This document shows, one piece after another, positions 1-14,104 of a DNA stretch of 64,000 nucleotides. The notes under the pieces were generated by a model. The model was not told where the DNA came from, made no database searches, and worked only from the letters and a program-made list of their open reading frames with translations. This stretch comes from Sphyrna mokarran. Lineage: Eukaryota. The translations under genes were made by a program, and so were the position numbers. The DNA lies in the NCBI GenBank assembly GCA_024679065.1, contig JAGIQG010000026.1, positions 36,084,001-36,148,000 of the forward strand, given 5' to 3'. The stretch's first letter is position 1, and every line of letters starts with the position of its first letter.

Positions 1-1521
1 CTCTCACAGCCACCTTGTCCATATTATTTTTGAGACTCTATTTCTTATCAGGATTCCATGCTAATCTTCCAGCTTTTCCTGATCAAAAATGTAATTTCAG
101 ATTCAAAACACTAACGCTCTTCCTCTCTTCACAGATGCTGCCAGACTTGCTGAGTTTTTCCAGCATTTATTGTTTCTGTTCCAGTTTCTTTGTCTCTTTT
201 AACTGTTGTGATGATGCCACCCTTTGCAGCAGTGTTTGTATGTTTTCCATTTTCCTTAATCAAGGCTTCTTAATCTGCTTCCCAACAATTTATGCCGTCT
301 CTCAAACGTAATAAACACACTCAGGCACTTGACAAGAGTATTATAAAACAAAATATGACACAAAGCCACATAAAGAGATTTTGACCAAGCCATTTTGAGG
401 AGTGTCTTAAAAGACGAAAGTGAGACACACAGGATTAGGGAGAGAATTGCAGAATTTAGGATCTTGGAAAGCAAAGGGGCATCCATCAATTTATGCAGCA
501 ATTTCAAAATGGGCATTTTCAACATCCAAGACAAGGCCAGTATTTGTTATTCATCTCTAATTGCCCCTGAAAAGCCACCTTCTGGAATCATTGAAGTCCG
601 CAAGTTGTAGACATTTCACTGCTCCCCTCTCCCCCCCACTCCACTGTGAATGTTTATGGAATGGTTGCATTCTGGTTCATTCCAAATACTTTCAAACTAG
701 GCAGTTGATCTTTTTCTCAAATCAGGGAAAGACAAAAGGACATTTGAAATTTAAACAGACTTTCATTTCCCCAATAGCTGCTTCCATCCACAGCCAATCC
801 CACCTTCCTTTACTGTTTGAGAGAGCTTCAACCCTTTCGCACCATCACATTCAACTCTCCAGCCTCTGAAGCACAGTGTCCCATTAAACTCCACACAGTC
901 ACCCTATCTCCCATTCACAGTCTCCTTGTTCATGCTGGAATTTTCCCTCCAACACCCAACAGAAGAAGCTCCATTCTCCAATTTCTTTGTTTTTCCCTTC
1001 CCTTCCCTTCATTGACCTCATTGCTGCTCTGAGTCTTGTTACTATGATTCTATTGGTTGCATGTTCTGAGCCAAAAGGTCAGGTTTTGTGGTGAATTCAC
1101 TGCAATGGTGATTCTCTCTGTAACTGGATACAGTTAGGATTGACACTACGGTGAAAGGTTTGCTGGTTTTGTGCTCCATGTTTGTCTTTGAGTGTTACTA
1201 TTCAGACCTTGTCCTTCACTGCTGGCTCAATGTGGGATGCTTCTGGTTGTCATATTGACACTGAGCCTGTAGCTTCATGTTGCTGCATCATGTACACTTG
1301 TGTGCCATTCAGCACATGCTCTAATCCACAGTCAGCAGGAGGATACTGAACAATAACTTTTACATCAAAATTAGTACTTCCTTTTTAATTTTAAATTGAA
1401 CCTAAACAATCATCCAATAAACTCCAATAGCAATATTTCAAACCTGCTTCAATCAAATTCTGAAATGATCCCAAGTTTTTGTCCAACTTTATACAAATTT
1501 GTTTTCTGGTTCTGATTCCAG

Positions 1522-1844
1522 CTCAGCAACTCCCCGCCCCTTCAGTGAAACTGCTGGGACCTTCAGATGATGAACTGTCCACTAAAGGAGCTGGCACGTT
1601 AGTTTGCCTTGTCAGCAAACTGTCCATGGGCTTTGCTGCGGTCAGCTGGACAGTCGATGGGAGTCCGACGAGCAGTGATGTCCAAACCAGCGTGGCGTCA
1701 CGGAGCTCAGACAACACCTTCAGTCTCAGCAGCTACCTGACAGTCCCTGGCGGAGATTGGAGCAGTGGAAAGGTTTATTCCTGTACCGTTCAACAAGGAG
1801 CAACTTCAAAAACAACCGCAACAGCTTCACAATCCAACTGTTAA
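1522..1844 (+). CDS. Immunoglobulin light chain constant-region exon, intact, most similar to the sigma isotype
   Basis: Acceptor ttctgattccAG ends at 1521 and the exon is phase 1. It encodes (A)QQLPAPSVKLLGPS...TLVCLVSKL...VSWTVDG...DNTFSLSSYLTV...WSSGKVYSCTVQQG...SQSNC*, a C1-set domain with both Cys, the Trp and a terminal Cys for H-L pairing. CxxSKL and YSCxxQQ (no His) resemble amphibian sigma C as I recall it. V and J lie outside the window. Confidence 0.93.
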
Positions 1845-2181
1845 ATAGATGGAAGTTTCATTGTGTCAGCTGCCTGAGTAATTAGAATCACTTTATCTTC
1901 CTCCACCATTATCCACCCTCTCACCTGGTACCTGCTGCATTTCGTGTTTCTTTGCTTTACCTGATTCTGCTGTATTAGTTGAGTTGTTTGTATTTGAGGT
2001 ACGTTTTGTGCAGTCTCTCCCAGGATTAATGTGACCAGTTATTTAGCTCCAGTCAGAAATTTGAGTTGAAAATGGATTTTTTCCTCAGCAACAGAACTGG
2101 ATTAATGACGATGATTGATGAAGGCAGTTTATTATAACAACAGCATCAAACTGACAATGACTGTCACTGAGAATATCTTTC

Positions 2182-2187
2182 AATAAA
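2182..2187 (+). promoter_or_regulatory. Polyadenylation signal of the IgL C transcript
   Basis: AATAAA about 340 nt after the C stop, followed by a GT/T-rich tract (tttgttctgtc...ttgtgttc). Confidence 0.7.
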
Positions 2188-4221
2188 GAGAACCCTGTGC
2201 AAAAAAAATTTGTTCTGTCAACTTGTGTTCTCCTTCCCATCCCTAACCTCAACAAATGGTTTAAGTGTGAGGAGACCAAGGCTCAGGGTTCTGTTTCCAT
2301 CTATTGAAGAATTGTGGCAAGTGGGGGAATAGAACAAAATTTTCTAACAATTATTGGGTGTGAGATTTGGGTTAGGTTTCTTCAGGATTGCCATTGAAAC
2401 AAAGTAACTGGGTAAACCATACAACTATGGACAGTCTTATGAAGAACCTTTAATAGTAAGCTTCCAGAGGCCACAGTAGTGGGAAAAAATAACACTTTCC
2501 TTGAGATTTGAGCTCAGTAAGGAGAGCTAAGGTTTGTCTGGCAAATGTAAATTGAATGTTTTAACAAGAAATTCTTTGAAGAAAATGCAGAAAAGTCCAT
2601 ATATGGAGTTCCAAAAAGGATAAGATGAAGAAACTTGCTAATAAAATTAGTGGGACTGTAACAATATTGAAAGGACAGAATACTCTTGGTTAATGGGTGC
2701 TCATTACCTTTGAAGGAGATGTATAATAATGTGCCATAGAGTCCAATGTTGGCTCCATTCATTTTGGTAAATGTTAATAATCTGTATTAACAGTGAAATT
2801 ATAATCTCAATTTCTGGTTAGCACAATTGAAGCGTGTGGTTACCTATGAAGAGACCTGTGTGCAACTTCAGAAAGATATAGACTGATTAGAAGATCAAGC
2901 AGTTAGATTCAGTCCCTCAAGTCTGTTTTATTGTTCGATTTGATCCTTAGTCATTTGTACACGACTTCCTTTACCTGTGTTTAATTCATGCCCTAGGATA
3001 CTCCTCCCTAATAAAACAAAATGACAATCCCCAATTTTCCCCTAGCACTCCAGATATTTGGGGAATGAATTTCAGATTTCCATTACATTTTGTGTGGAGA
3101 AGTGCTTCCTGACTTTTCTCCCAACAGCATAACTCTTAATTTTAAAATAATGCACCCCTCTTCTGGATTTCTGCCACTTGAAAAAATAACTTTTCTAACC
3201 CAACCATCTCTTTGACTTTGCAGTTATATATTTGTGTCCGACATCATCTAGTCAATTGCTACCAGTCTCAATCAACAGTTCACTACCAATCAGAATAGAC
3301 TGGAGGTTTCTTAAAACTGCCTTCATCAGAGCAGCTCCATAACCCAAACTGTTTCATACAGAATGTAATACAATATAAACTAAATTTATAAATTAAATGT
3401 TGAATTTAAGTATTAAAATGTTTTATTTTCAAGCATTTAAAATGTTTAGTGTATAAATGAAAACATTTAAATGACTTTAAAAAATGCCATTAAATGTTTG
3501 AATTGCAGTTGAAGGTAATTGTTTAACTGGCTAAGTCACAGGTAAGATATACAACTCTTTTTTACATAATTTGATGAGTTTCATTTATCTCCCTCCTAAG
3601 ATAACCTCAACATTTATCTTGAACCGCACTGCCTCCAGTTTATTCCTCAAGATCCACAGTTATTTTTTCAAAAGCTTTCTACTTCTATCCTACAACCAAT
3701 TTTCTGATGCACTGATAGATCTGCTCTGAAGCCACTTCCTGGGAGGGCTCAGTAGAATTCTGGGGTAACTCTATTTTCTCTCTAAAACATTCAGGATTGC
3801 AGCCCTATGTTCCAATTCTAGATAGTGAAGGTGGTTTCATTATTGCTCATAGAGTGAATCTGTCACCATGTTCCCGCAGCGATCAGAGGGATGTGTGGGG
3901 AGAATGCTGTCCATGACATGTCCTTCGAGCCAGACTCCTTGATATTAGCATTTTATCTGCTGGTATTTTATCTGTAAACTTGTCAGCAGACCTATTTGGT
4001 GAGCCTCTCTCCTCAAACAGTAAAGCTTGCTGAACATTGATAGCAGCCACCCTGTTGCTGTCATTCCCCACCCTAAACCCTCTGCCTCAACACCTCTCCT
4101 CACAATGAAGTCTCTCCCTCCCTGCTCTGTAGCTGCTGTCTCACTGCCTCTCCCCTGTAGCCATCTCTTCTCGTTCCTTCACCCCCCCCTTTTAAAATGA
4201 ATGTTTTATAGGGTGTGACTG

Positions 4222-5990
4222 TCATTTATTGCCTATTGCTTGAGAAGGCAGTGATGAACCACCTTCCTGCACTGCCACAGTCCATGTGGTATAAGTACAT
4301 CCATAGTACAGCTAGGGAGGGAATTTCAGGGTTTAATCCAGTGACGGTGAAGGAACAGTGATATAGGTCATAGTCAAGATGCTGTGAATCTTGGCAGGGA
4401 ACTTGCAGGTGATGGTGTTCCCATGTGTTTGCTGCCTTTGTCCTACTAGGTGGTAGAGGTCACATTTTGGAACGTGCTATTGAAGGAGCCTTTATGGGTG
4501 CCACGTACATCTTTTAGATTATACACACTGTTACTAATGTGTCAGTAGTAGAGGGAGTAAGTATTGAAAGTGTTGGATGTTTTACCAATCAAGTGGACGC
4601 CTTTATTCTGGATGGTATTGAGCTTCTCGAGTGTTGTTGGAACTGCATTCAGCCAGGCAAGATGAGAATATTCAAATACATTCCTGACTTGTGTCTTTCA
4701 GATGTTGGACAGGCTTTGGGAAGTGAGAAAGTGAGTTACTTGCTGCAGAACATCCAACCCCTGATGTGCTCTTTAAGTCATGGTATTTAGTTGGGTAATC
4801 CAGTTTGGTTTCTGGTCAATGGTTAATTCAAGGGTGCTGATAATGGAAGAATCAGCTATGGTAATGCTACTGAATGTCAAGGGGAGATGGTCAGAATCTG
4901 TCTTGTTCCAGATCATTGTCTGGCACTTGTGTGGCACAAGTGTTAGTGTTACTTAACAGCCCAAGCTTAGATATTGCCCATGTCTCATTGCATAAACTTC
5001 TAATCTAATGAGTCACAAGTGCTGCTGGACATTGTAGTCATCAGCAAACATAAGCACTTCTGCCTTACAATGGGGGAAAATACCATTGGTGAAACAGGTG
5101 GAGATGGTTGGGCCTAGGACACTACTCTGAAGAACTCCACAGTGATGTCCTGAAACTGACAATTGGCCTCCAATCCCCACAACCATCTTCCTTTGTGCTA
5201 AGCGTGACTCTAACCAGTGGAGAGTCTTCCCCTTATTTCCATTGACTCCAGTTTAGCTTGGGCTTCTTGATTCCATACACAATCAAATGCTCCCTCTATG
5301 ACAAAGGCAGTCACTCTCACCTCACCTCTTGATATCAGTTGTATTGTCCACGTTTAGGTCAAGACTAATGAGGTTTGGAGCTCAGAGACATTAGCGGAAC
5401 CCAAACTGGGAGTCAGTGAGCAGGCTATTGCTGAGTAAGTGCTGCTTGTTCGCATTGTTGACAACTCCTTCTATCACTTTATTGATGATTGAGAATAGAT
5501 TGATGGGGTGGAAATTGGCCAAGTTGGATTTGTCCTGCTTCTTGTGGACAGAACATACCTGGGCAATTTTCCACATTGCTGGGTGGATGCCAGTGTTATA
5601 ATTGTACTGGAAAAACTTTGCTAGGAGTAGTTTCTTATCTACAAATCTTCAATACTATTGTGGCATATTCTCAGGATCAGTTTTGCATTAACTGGTGCCT
5701 TCAGTTGTTTCTTCGTATCATGTAGAGTAAATTGAATTAGTTGAACACTGAATCTGGATTCTGGAGACCTACAGATTAGGCCAATATGGATCATACACTC
5801 AGCAGCTTTGGCTGAAGGTGGTTATAATGCTTCAATCTTGTCTTTTACGCTGAAGCGCTGGGGCTCCCCTATCTTTGACAATAGGGAACATTTGTGGAGC
5901 TCCCTTCTCTGGATTGTAGTTTAATTGTCCACTACCATTCATGACTGGATGTGGTGAGACTGCAGAGCTTAGATATCTACCTATTGTATG
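4222..5990 (-). mobile_element. Decayed CR1/L2-group LINE ORF2 fragment
   Basis: WKIAQVCSVHKKQDKSNLANFHPINL...DSQFGFR, with many stops. Confidence 0.85.
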
Positions 5991-6424
5991 ACCTTCCCCT
6001 GTATGGCGTGCAACTTTTGCTGTGCTTTAGCTTCACCATCTTATCCAAAATAGTATCAGCTAATTTGCAATTTGATTTCTTTGCTTGTCTTCCAGAGTTC
6101 ACCTCCTGTCCAAATTTATCCATTTGTAAACTTGTTATCACACTGTCAGGAAACAAACCAAAATATTCTAACTGCATCACTATTGTGGATTTCTCTTCCA
6201 CAAGCTATTCAACTGTAGGTGGCATCACCACCATGTGATCTTCTCCACTTTCTAATGACTTTAACTGCCAAATTTTAAGCTAGAATCCTCTGTCACTTTA
6301 TTTTCTTTCCTCCTTTTCTAACTTCACTATTTTCAATTCCCTTTACTTTTTTTTTCTCTCTTGCTTTTCTGCCTGTTCATGCTCACTCTTTTTTCTCCAT
6401 TTCTTGCTTTCTCAATTCTCACGG

Positions 6425-6650
6425 CTACAAGTTAAAACACCATCCAACTCTAACGTACTTCAGAGTGACTCTGGGTAGGACACCAACCTTCCATGAACAT
6501 CTAATAACAACTACAGACAAGCTCAAAAACAACTTGATTGCCAAACAAGCCGGCTCAATGTGGGGTTTTGCTATCACTATCCTCTGAACCTCAGCACTCG
6601 CATTCTAATACTCAGTAGCTGAATAGTGCTCCCCTGTTTGGTCAAGATAA

Positions 6651-6684
<34 letters not shown>

Positions 6685-7217
6685 AGACTTGATACCCAGC
6701 TGAATGCTACCATATGTATATTACTGAAACACTACACTCAGCACTAATCTCTTGGCTCCCTGTCCTTGTAAACATCAGTCCTCCATGGTTCCACTGACTT
6801 GCAACAGCCCATAAACTTGACAGAAAAAGTTTGCAATTGCTCCCATCTTCCATTAGATTATGATCTATTCAAGCCCATCAAGGAGATTGATCTGGAAAAC
6901 CCTTCCACACAGGACATCAATGCAAACTTCACCTGGACAAATGACTGGGAATCATTGGACATGACAAACTAGTACCTGGTTTCAAACCCAACTCAATGGC
7001 TACCTGGTTTCAGTCTTCCAAGGAAAGAATGGCCCTTGCTTAGCCACCTTCCACAGATGGGGCATTAGTGCCAGGCCTGTAGGAGAGAAGAAACTGTGCA
7101 TCACCTCATTGAAGACTGCATCCAATCCATAGACTCAGTGGAGGCCTAACTGCAATCAACACAACAGGACTGGAAGAAACATCTTGGTTTTGGGACATTG
7201 CATTTGCTAAATAAAAT
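6425..7217 (+). mobile_element. Decayed I-group (Ingi/Vingi-like) LINE 3' fragment containing a (CT)n(CA)n microsatellite at 6651-6684
   Basis: Degenerate translation ...TSALAF*YSVAE*CSPVWSR...DTQLNATICII...WLPVL resembles the post-RT region of this group. Confidence 0.55.
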
Positions 7218-7264
7218 TATCACTCTCTTCCAATTCAATTTTTTTTTTTACAGTGGTGTAAAGT

Positions 7265-7577
7265 GGAGGCAGCGGTGTAGTGGTACTGTTGCTGGACTAG
7301 TAATCCGGAGACCCAAATCCAGGATAATACTCTTGGACCTCGGTTCAAATCCCACCATTGCAAAAATTTGAATTCAATAAAAATTTGGAACTAAAAGTTG
7401 ATTGCCATAAAAATGGTCACTTATGCTCTTTAGAGAAGAAAAACTCTCATCTTTACCTTGTCTGGCCTACATGTGACTCCAATTCATAGCAGTGGACTCT
7501 TAAATGCCCTCAGGGATTGACAATAAATGTTAGCCCAGCCAGGGATATCCACATCCCTGAAACAAATACAAAAAAAC
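7265..7577 (+). mobile_element. tRNA-derived SINE
   Basis: A-box-like ggtgtagtgg, B-box ggttcaaatcc and an A-rich end. Its caataaatg tail resembles the 3' end of the LINE at 4222. An older copy lies at about 17005-17350. Confidence 0.75.
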
Positions 7578-8125
7578 TGACCTTAGTCCTCTAAGAGAAG
7601 CTGGTCTCTTGGATATTGCTTCCAATTTCAAATTAGCAAGTAATCTAATTGTAATTTATCTTTTGTTACCTTTCGTAAATCTTCCAAGTTTATATTTCCT
7701 ATTCCCAGACAAATTTTAGCAATTGCCAAAACTATTTTGTATTCACCCACTTTAAAGTTGCATAATACCTCTCCTGGTTCAATATTTTCTTCACTCTTGT
7801 TACCTTTAAATTCATCAATTCAAAGACAAACAAGGAATTATTCTTTTAATATCCCACAAAGAGACTCCAATTTAGTTCAGGGCACAGCTGATAGTAAACA
7901 CCAGGTTGTTCAGAGCCCAGAAGGAGAACTTGAAACAACTGCCCTCACATTTGTGTTTGCTATTTATATATTATGCGGAGAGGTTTTGAAATCAGAAATG
8001 ATCTCCCCAACTATTTGTGAGGATTTTATTGTAAATGTTCATTTAGAAATAATAAAGAAAGAGTTACACTTAAATAAGATAATGGTTTCACAATAAATGG
8101 GGAAAGGTTTCAGAAATAGGCTTCA

Positions 8126-8680
8126 GGAGGGGTATAGAAAACTGATTTAAAATAGGGATCATGAGCTTTGGGAGTCCCTGGGAAGTGTGTAAATAAATGA
8201 TGATATTGATGTACTTGTTTTTATCCTAGAGGTGCTTTGGCCCACCTTGTTGTCTAACAAGGGGCATACACGCGATGGGTCATGAGAGGGCTGCTCTTGG
8301 ATCTTTTTCGAGAGTATCCTAGTGCTTCACGTCGTTAGTGTACACTTGACCTGGACCATTTGATGGGCAACATGACAGCTCAGTGACCATCACTGTGCTG
8401 TGCAGATACATGGATTTGGGCCTGTATCTGTGGGAGTTTGCGCATTCTCCCCGTGCTTGCGTGGGTTTTCTCCGGGCGCTCCGGTTTCCTCCCACGTCCC
8501 AAAGATGTGCTCTTAGGCTAATTGGCAAAACAAATTCTCCCTAAATTGTCTCAAATTTTGTTTTTAGTCCATAGATCTATAAACATGGACAGGGATCGTG
8601 GGTAGAGGTGGCAACATAGGGGTGGCGGCGTGGGCTCGTTGGGCCGAAGGGCCTGTTTCCCGTGCTGTTTTGTTCTTTGA
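8126..8680 (+). mobile_element. Second, shorter copy of the CR1 3' UTR/V-SINE composite
   Basis: Aligns with 27597-28147 along its whole length at over 90% identity by eye. Confidence 0.9.
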
Positions 8681-9358
8681 AATCTAAAACACAAAAGGGA
8701 CTTGGGACTCCTGGTTCAAGACTATCTTAATGTTAACATACAAGTTCAGCTGGCAGTTAGGAAAGCAAATTTAATCTTAGCATTAATGTCTACAGGGTTA
8801 GAATACAAGAACAAGGATGTACTGTTGAGGCAGTAAAAGGCTCTGGTCAGGCCTCATTTGGAATACTATGAGCAGTTTTGGGCCCCATAACTAAGGAATG
8901 ATACGCTGACCTTGGAGGGGATCCAGGGGAGGTTCATAAGAATGACTTCTGGAATGAAGGGCGTGTCATATGAAGAATGGTTGAGGAGTCTGGGTATTTA
9001 CTCAATGGAATTTAAAAGGATGAGGCGGGAATCTAATCAAAAATTATATAATACTGGAAAGAGCGGACACGAAGAGGATGTTTCCACTAGTGGGAGAGAT
9101 AGAATTTGAGGGCACAACCTCAAAAGTGAAGACACACTCCTTTAAAACGGAGATGAGGAGGAATTTCTTTAGCCAGAGGATGGTGAATTATAGAACTTAT
9201 TGCCACAGAGGGCCAGGTCACTGAGTGTCTTTAAGATAGATTGATAAGTTCTTGACCAATTAGGAAATCAAAGATTACGGGGAGAAGACAGAGAATAGGG
9301 ATGAGAAGAAGATTCGATGGGCTGAATGGCCTAATTCTGCTCTTGTATCTCATGGTCT
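8681..9358 (+). mobile_element. Decayed CR1 3' fragment
   Basis: ALVRPHLEY-like and LEGIQGRFIRM sequence, and tail gatgggctgaatggcctaattctgctc. Confidence 0.85.
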
Positions 9359-9649
9359 GATAATTCAAGACAGTTCCAAACAATCTTGATTTAAATACAT
9401 TCTCCATCTGTTCAGCAACATCTTATAGATTTTAAGATCCATAAAATTTCAGTAACTTTTATCATACACACTGTGCCTTTAATTTTTGTTGTGGTACCCC
9501 AATGCGACCAGCAATTGGCATTTCAGATCAGGTTCTGTTCACACTGCTTTCTTGGAGTTTGACAGCGATTTCTGCTATCTGCTGAAATCAAGGACAGCCC
9601 TTTCATTGGTTTCAGTTTTTCCTTAAATACATTCCTTCCTTCTGGCGGC

Positions 9650-9905
9650 AAATAGTTAACATTGCCGCCTCACAGCGCCAGGGACCCGGGTTTAATTCTT
9701 GACTCAGGTTGTTGTCTGTCTGGAGTCTCCCTGAGTCTATCTGGATTTCCCCTGGCTGCTTTGGTTTTGTCCCACAGTCCAAAAGGCATGCCAATTAGGA
9801 TCATTAGCCATGTTAAATTCTCCCGCAATAGGAACTAGATTTTCACAGTAACTTCACTGCAGTATTAATGTAAACCTATTTGTGACACTAATAAATTAAC
9901 TTAAA
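9650..9905 (+). mobile_element. HE1/V-SINE-family element
   Basis: gcctcacagcgccagggacccgggtt head and a degenerate V domain. Confidence 0.75.
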
Positions 9906-11379
9906 AACTTAAATAAGGAGGTGAAGGAGAAAAGAAACAGACAAGGAGGAAAGAGGAACGATTTGGACATATTAATTGAACATTTTACATGTAGTCTTAC
10001 TCTTCTCATAATTTCTGCACATATATCAAAGCCTCAAAAAACTTCAGTCTTTTAAAAAGCCATGCTAAAAGTCTGATGTACCAGCAGTGATTGAAAATCC
10101 AGAGCCATGTTCTATCTGCATTGGATTCTGCAATATCTGTCAGAGATAGTTCACATCAACTCACATAAATTAACTAAAGTATTGAACTTTCCTAAAGTAT
10201 TTGAAGGAATCACTGAGGCTTGTTAAGGATCAACGTTACATCAGGCAGTCTTGCTGAAAATACATAGTAAAATCCAAATGCACTTTCATTGACACTTATT
10301 ACATACATTCCAAACACGCTATCCATGTTTGTGGGTCATGTTTCTTGTGCAGGATTTATTTTAGCAGTTTGTGCTATTATTGTGCCATTTTATCAGCAGC
10401 CCTGTTGTTACTGCAGTAATATAATTGACCTTAACTGCAAAAATGTTTGTTTTAAATTGAACTAATATGGAGTTATTATTTTAATGTTTTCGGCTTTTTT
10501 TGAGTGTGGCTTGAATTGTGGATTGACAGCAATAGCATGTGACTAGATGGCACTAGGCTTACACTGAGAAATCAAGTCAGTTGCTATTTTGGAAGCTACA
10601 AAGTAGCCATCTCTCTCTCTCTGAAGTCTGGAGATTGATATCTACCAGAGACTAGGGGGCAAATTTTACCATCCTGACTTCCATGGGAATCAGACCATGG
10701 AAAGATCCATTGACTTCAAGCAGGATTTTTTGGTTTTGGGGCAAAGAAGACTAGAAATTCCCAGCAACCTCAAAAAGACTGGTGAGTTTGGTGGGTCCTC
10801 AGAAGATACTCTCTGAGGTTGACTAATTTGTGGTCTCCAATATGAGGCTTTCTGAAGAAGACTGCTTACTGAATGTGCTTTGTTTTTAAAGACAGAAAAA
10901 AAATCAGTGTTAATGGAATTGTCTGCTAAAGAGGCTTCATAAATTGGTGCAAGAATAAAGATCCACAAGTTGCGAACTATCCATAAGAAGTCAAAACAGC
11001 AACAAACATGTCACAGACTGCCAAAATGAGCCATGAATGCTGGAGCCAGAAATGTCAATGCAAAAATTCTGGCAAAATGGGTTACATTGTAAAAGCATTT
11101 TGGGCTAGACCAGCTGAGAAGAATATTCAGAAGAAGAATTGTGACCGTGAAGAAGTGTCCAGAATTATGATGAAGAGCTCCAGCTGAATGTCTTATGTAT
11201 ATAGAAGTATATAGATTCTGAAAGATACTCAGTTAAGCCTATTAGGATGAAGGTCGGTTGATGCTGGTGCTGTTGTATCTTTAGTTCCTGAGACCAAATA
11301 CAAACAAAAGCTGATGAATCTTTCTTTAAAACCAGCTGACATGATTTTAAGGACATATAAATAGAGTTAGGGCAGGATT

Positions 11380-13520
11380 AGAACATAGAACATTACAGCG
11401 CAGAACAGGCCCTTCGGCCTTCGATGTTGCGCCAACCAATTAGGAAAAAGTAATGACCCTCTAACCTAAACCATTCTCTTTTCGTCCATAAACTTATCTA
11501 CAAACCTCTTAAACGCCACCAAACTTGGCGCATCTACAACTGCCGCAGGCAGGGCATTCCATACCCTTACCACCCTCTGGATAAAGAACCTACCTCTGAC
11601 ATCCGTCCTATAACTACCACCCCTTAATTTAAAGCTATGTCCCCTCGTGCTAGCTTTCTCCATCCTAGGAAAAAGGCTATCACTGTCCACCCTATCTAAA
11701 CCTCTAATCATCTTATATGTTTCAATAAGGTCTCCTCTTAGCCGCCTTCTTTCTAACGAAAACAACCTCAAATCCCTCAGCCTCTCTTCATAAGACCTGC
11801 CCTCCATACCAGGCAACATCCTGGTAAACCTCCTCTGTACCCTCTCCAATGCCTCCACATCTTTCTTATAATGCGGGGACCAGAACTGCACACAATACTC
11901 CAAGTGAGGCCGCACTAGAGTTTTGTACAGTTGCAACATGACGTTGCGGCTCCGAAATTCAATCCCCCTACCAATAAAAGCTAAGACTCCGTATGCCTTC
12001 TTAACAACCTTATCGACTTGATTGCCAACTTTCAGGGATCTATGCACATATACACCAAGATCCCTCTGTTCTTCAACACTATTAAGAGTCCTACCATTAG
12101 CCCTATACTCTACACATTTGTTATTCCTGCCAAAGTGAATTACCTCACACTTTTCCACATTAAACTCCATTTGCCACCTCTCGGCCCAGCTCTGCAACTT
12201 GTCCAAGTCTCTCTGCAAACTATAACACCCCTCTTCACTATCTACCACTCCACCGACTTTAGTGTCATCTGCAAATTTACTAATCCATCCTTCAATACCC
12301 TCATCCAGATCATTTATAAAAATTACAAACAGCAGGGGCCCCAAAACAGACCCCTGAGGTACACCACTTGTAACCGAACTCCACGATGAATATCTCCCAT
12401 CAACCACCACCCTCTGTCTTCTATCTGCTAGCCAATTCCTAATCCAATTAGCTAAATCACCCTCTATCCCATACATCTGCATTTTCTGCAGAAGCCTTCC
12501 ATGGGCCACCTTATCGAACGCCTTACTAAAGTCCATATATACCACATCAACTGCCTTACCCCCATCCACCTCTTTGGTCACTTTTTCAAAAAACTCAATA
12601 AGGTTAGTAAGGCACGACCTACCCTTCACAAAACCATGCTGACTATCCCCAATCAATTCATTTCTCTCTAAATAACTATAAATCCTATCTCTAATAATTC
12701 TCTCCAATACTTTGCCCACAACAGAAGTAAGACTCACCGGCCTATAATTCCCCGGAAAGTCTCTATTCCCCTTCTTGAACAATGGGACCACATTCGCTAT
12801 CCTCCAGTCTTTCGGCACTATACCTGTAGCCAACGACGACCTGAAGATCAGAGCCAGAGGCTCTGCAATCGCCTCTCTCGCCTCCCAGAGAATCCTAGGG
12901 TAAATCCCGTCCGGCCCAGGGGATTCATCTAACTTCAAACCCTCAAGAATATCTAGCACATCCTCCTTATCTACTTCAATACTTTCCAGTTTGCAACCCT
13001 GTATCCCAGTGTTTTCCACAACTACATTTACATCTCCCTGCGTGAATACCGAAGAGAAATATTTGTTCAGTACCTCTCCAATCTCTTCAGGCTCCACGCA
13101 CAACTTCCCACTGCTGTCTCTGACTGGCCCTAATCTTGCCCTAACCAATCTTCTATTCTTAACATATCTACAGAAAGCTTTAGGATTCTCCTTGATCCTA
13201 TCAGCCAAAGTCTTCTCGTGTCCCCTTTTAGCTCTCCTCAACTCTCTCTTTAGCTCCCACCTGGCTAATCTATAGCTATCCAGTGCACTAACTGAGCCTT
13301 CAAGCCTCATCCTGATATAAGCCTCCTTTATCCTTTTAACCAGCGAATTAACTTTTTTAGTACACCATGGTTCCCTTACTCGACTATTTCCTCCTTGCCT
13401 GACAGGGACATACTTATCAAGGACTCGCAGTAGCTGCTCCTTGAATAAGCTCCACATTTCAGATGTTCCCAGTCCCTGTAGTTTCCTAGTCCAACCTATG
13501 CACACTAATTCCCTCCTTAT
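11380..13520 (-). mobile_element. Young 5'-truncated CR1-clade LINE with an uninterrupted ORF2 RT region
   Basis: ORF 11466-13505 (679 aa) has PGPDG, YRPVSLTS, DFSKAFD, GVPQGSVLGP and FADD motifs. The 3' tail is a ctatgtt-type repeat. Near-perfect 9-bp TSD ggcaggatt (11371-11379) and ggctggatt (13521-13529). Confidence 0.97.
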
Positions 13521-13789
13521 GGCTGGATTTTCCAGTTGTGCTCACCCCAAAACTGGAAAATCCTACCTAAAGACAATGGACCTTCGCATAGTCCCTCCTT
13601 CCCCCGCTATGATTCCTGTGGCAGGTGGGATGGAAAAACTTCCCCCATTGTGTCATTTAAAAGTTACATCATGGTCAACATAAAGTTGAGTGGCCAAACA
13701 ATGGAACTGATTTCATGTGTTTTGTGGGAATTTTCCAGCTCCATTTGGAAGATCATGATTGGAGAAGTGCTGTCAACAGGCTGGCCAAT

Positions 13790-14100
13790 GGGTGGCACAG
13801 TGGTTAGCACTGCTACCTCATAGAGCTAGGAACCCAGATTTAATTCCAGCCTTGGGTGACTATCTGTATGGAGTCTGCACATTCTCTCCGTGTTTGCGTG
13901 GGTTTCTTCTGGGTGCTCAGGTTTCCTCCCATAGTCCAAAGGTACGTGGGTTAGGTTTATTCACCATGGTAATTTGCCCCTTAACATCAATGGTATTAGC
14001 AGAGTAATACTTGGGATTACGGGCTAAGGCCTGGGCGGGACTGTTGTTAGTGTAGGCCAAATGGGCTGAATGGCCTCCTTCTTTACTGTAGGGATTCTAT
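13790..14100 (+). mobile_element. HE1/V-SINE
   Basis: ggtggcacagtggttagcactgct head, V domain (tgcacattctctccgtgtttgcgtgggttt) and CR1-type tail. Confidence 0.9.
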
Positions 14101-14104
14101 ATCA

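Noticed and set aside
1479-1521. N-terminal 'signal peptide' of ORF 1479-1844
   Set aside because: It is intron polypyrimidine tract with a TTG start; the exon begins at the acceptor at 1522.
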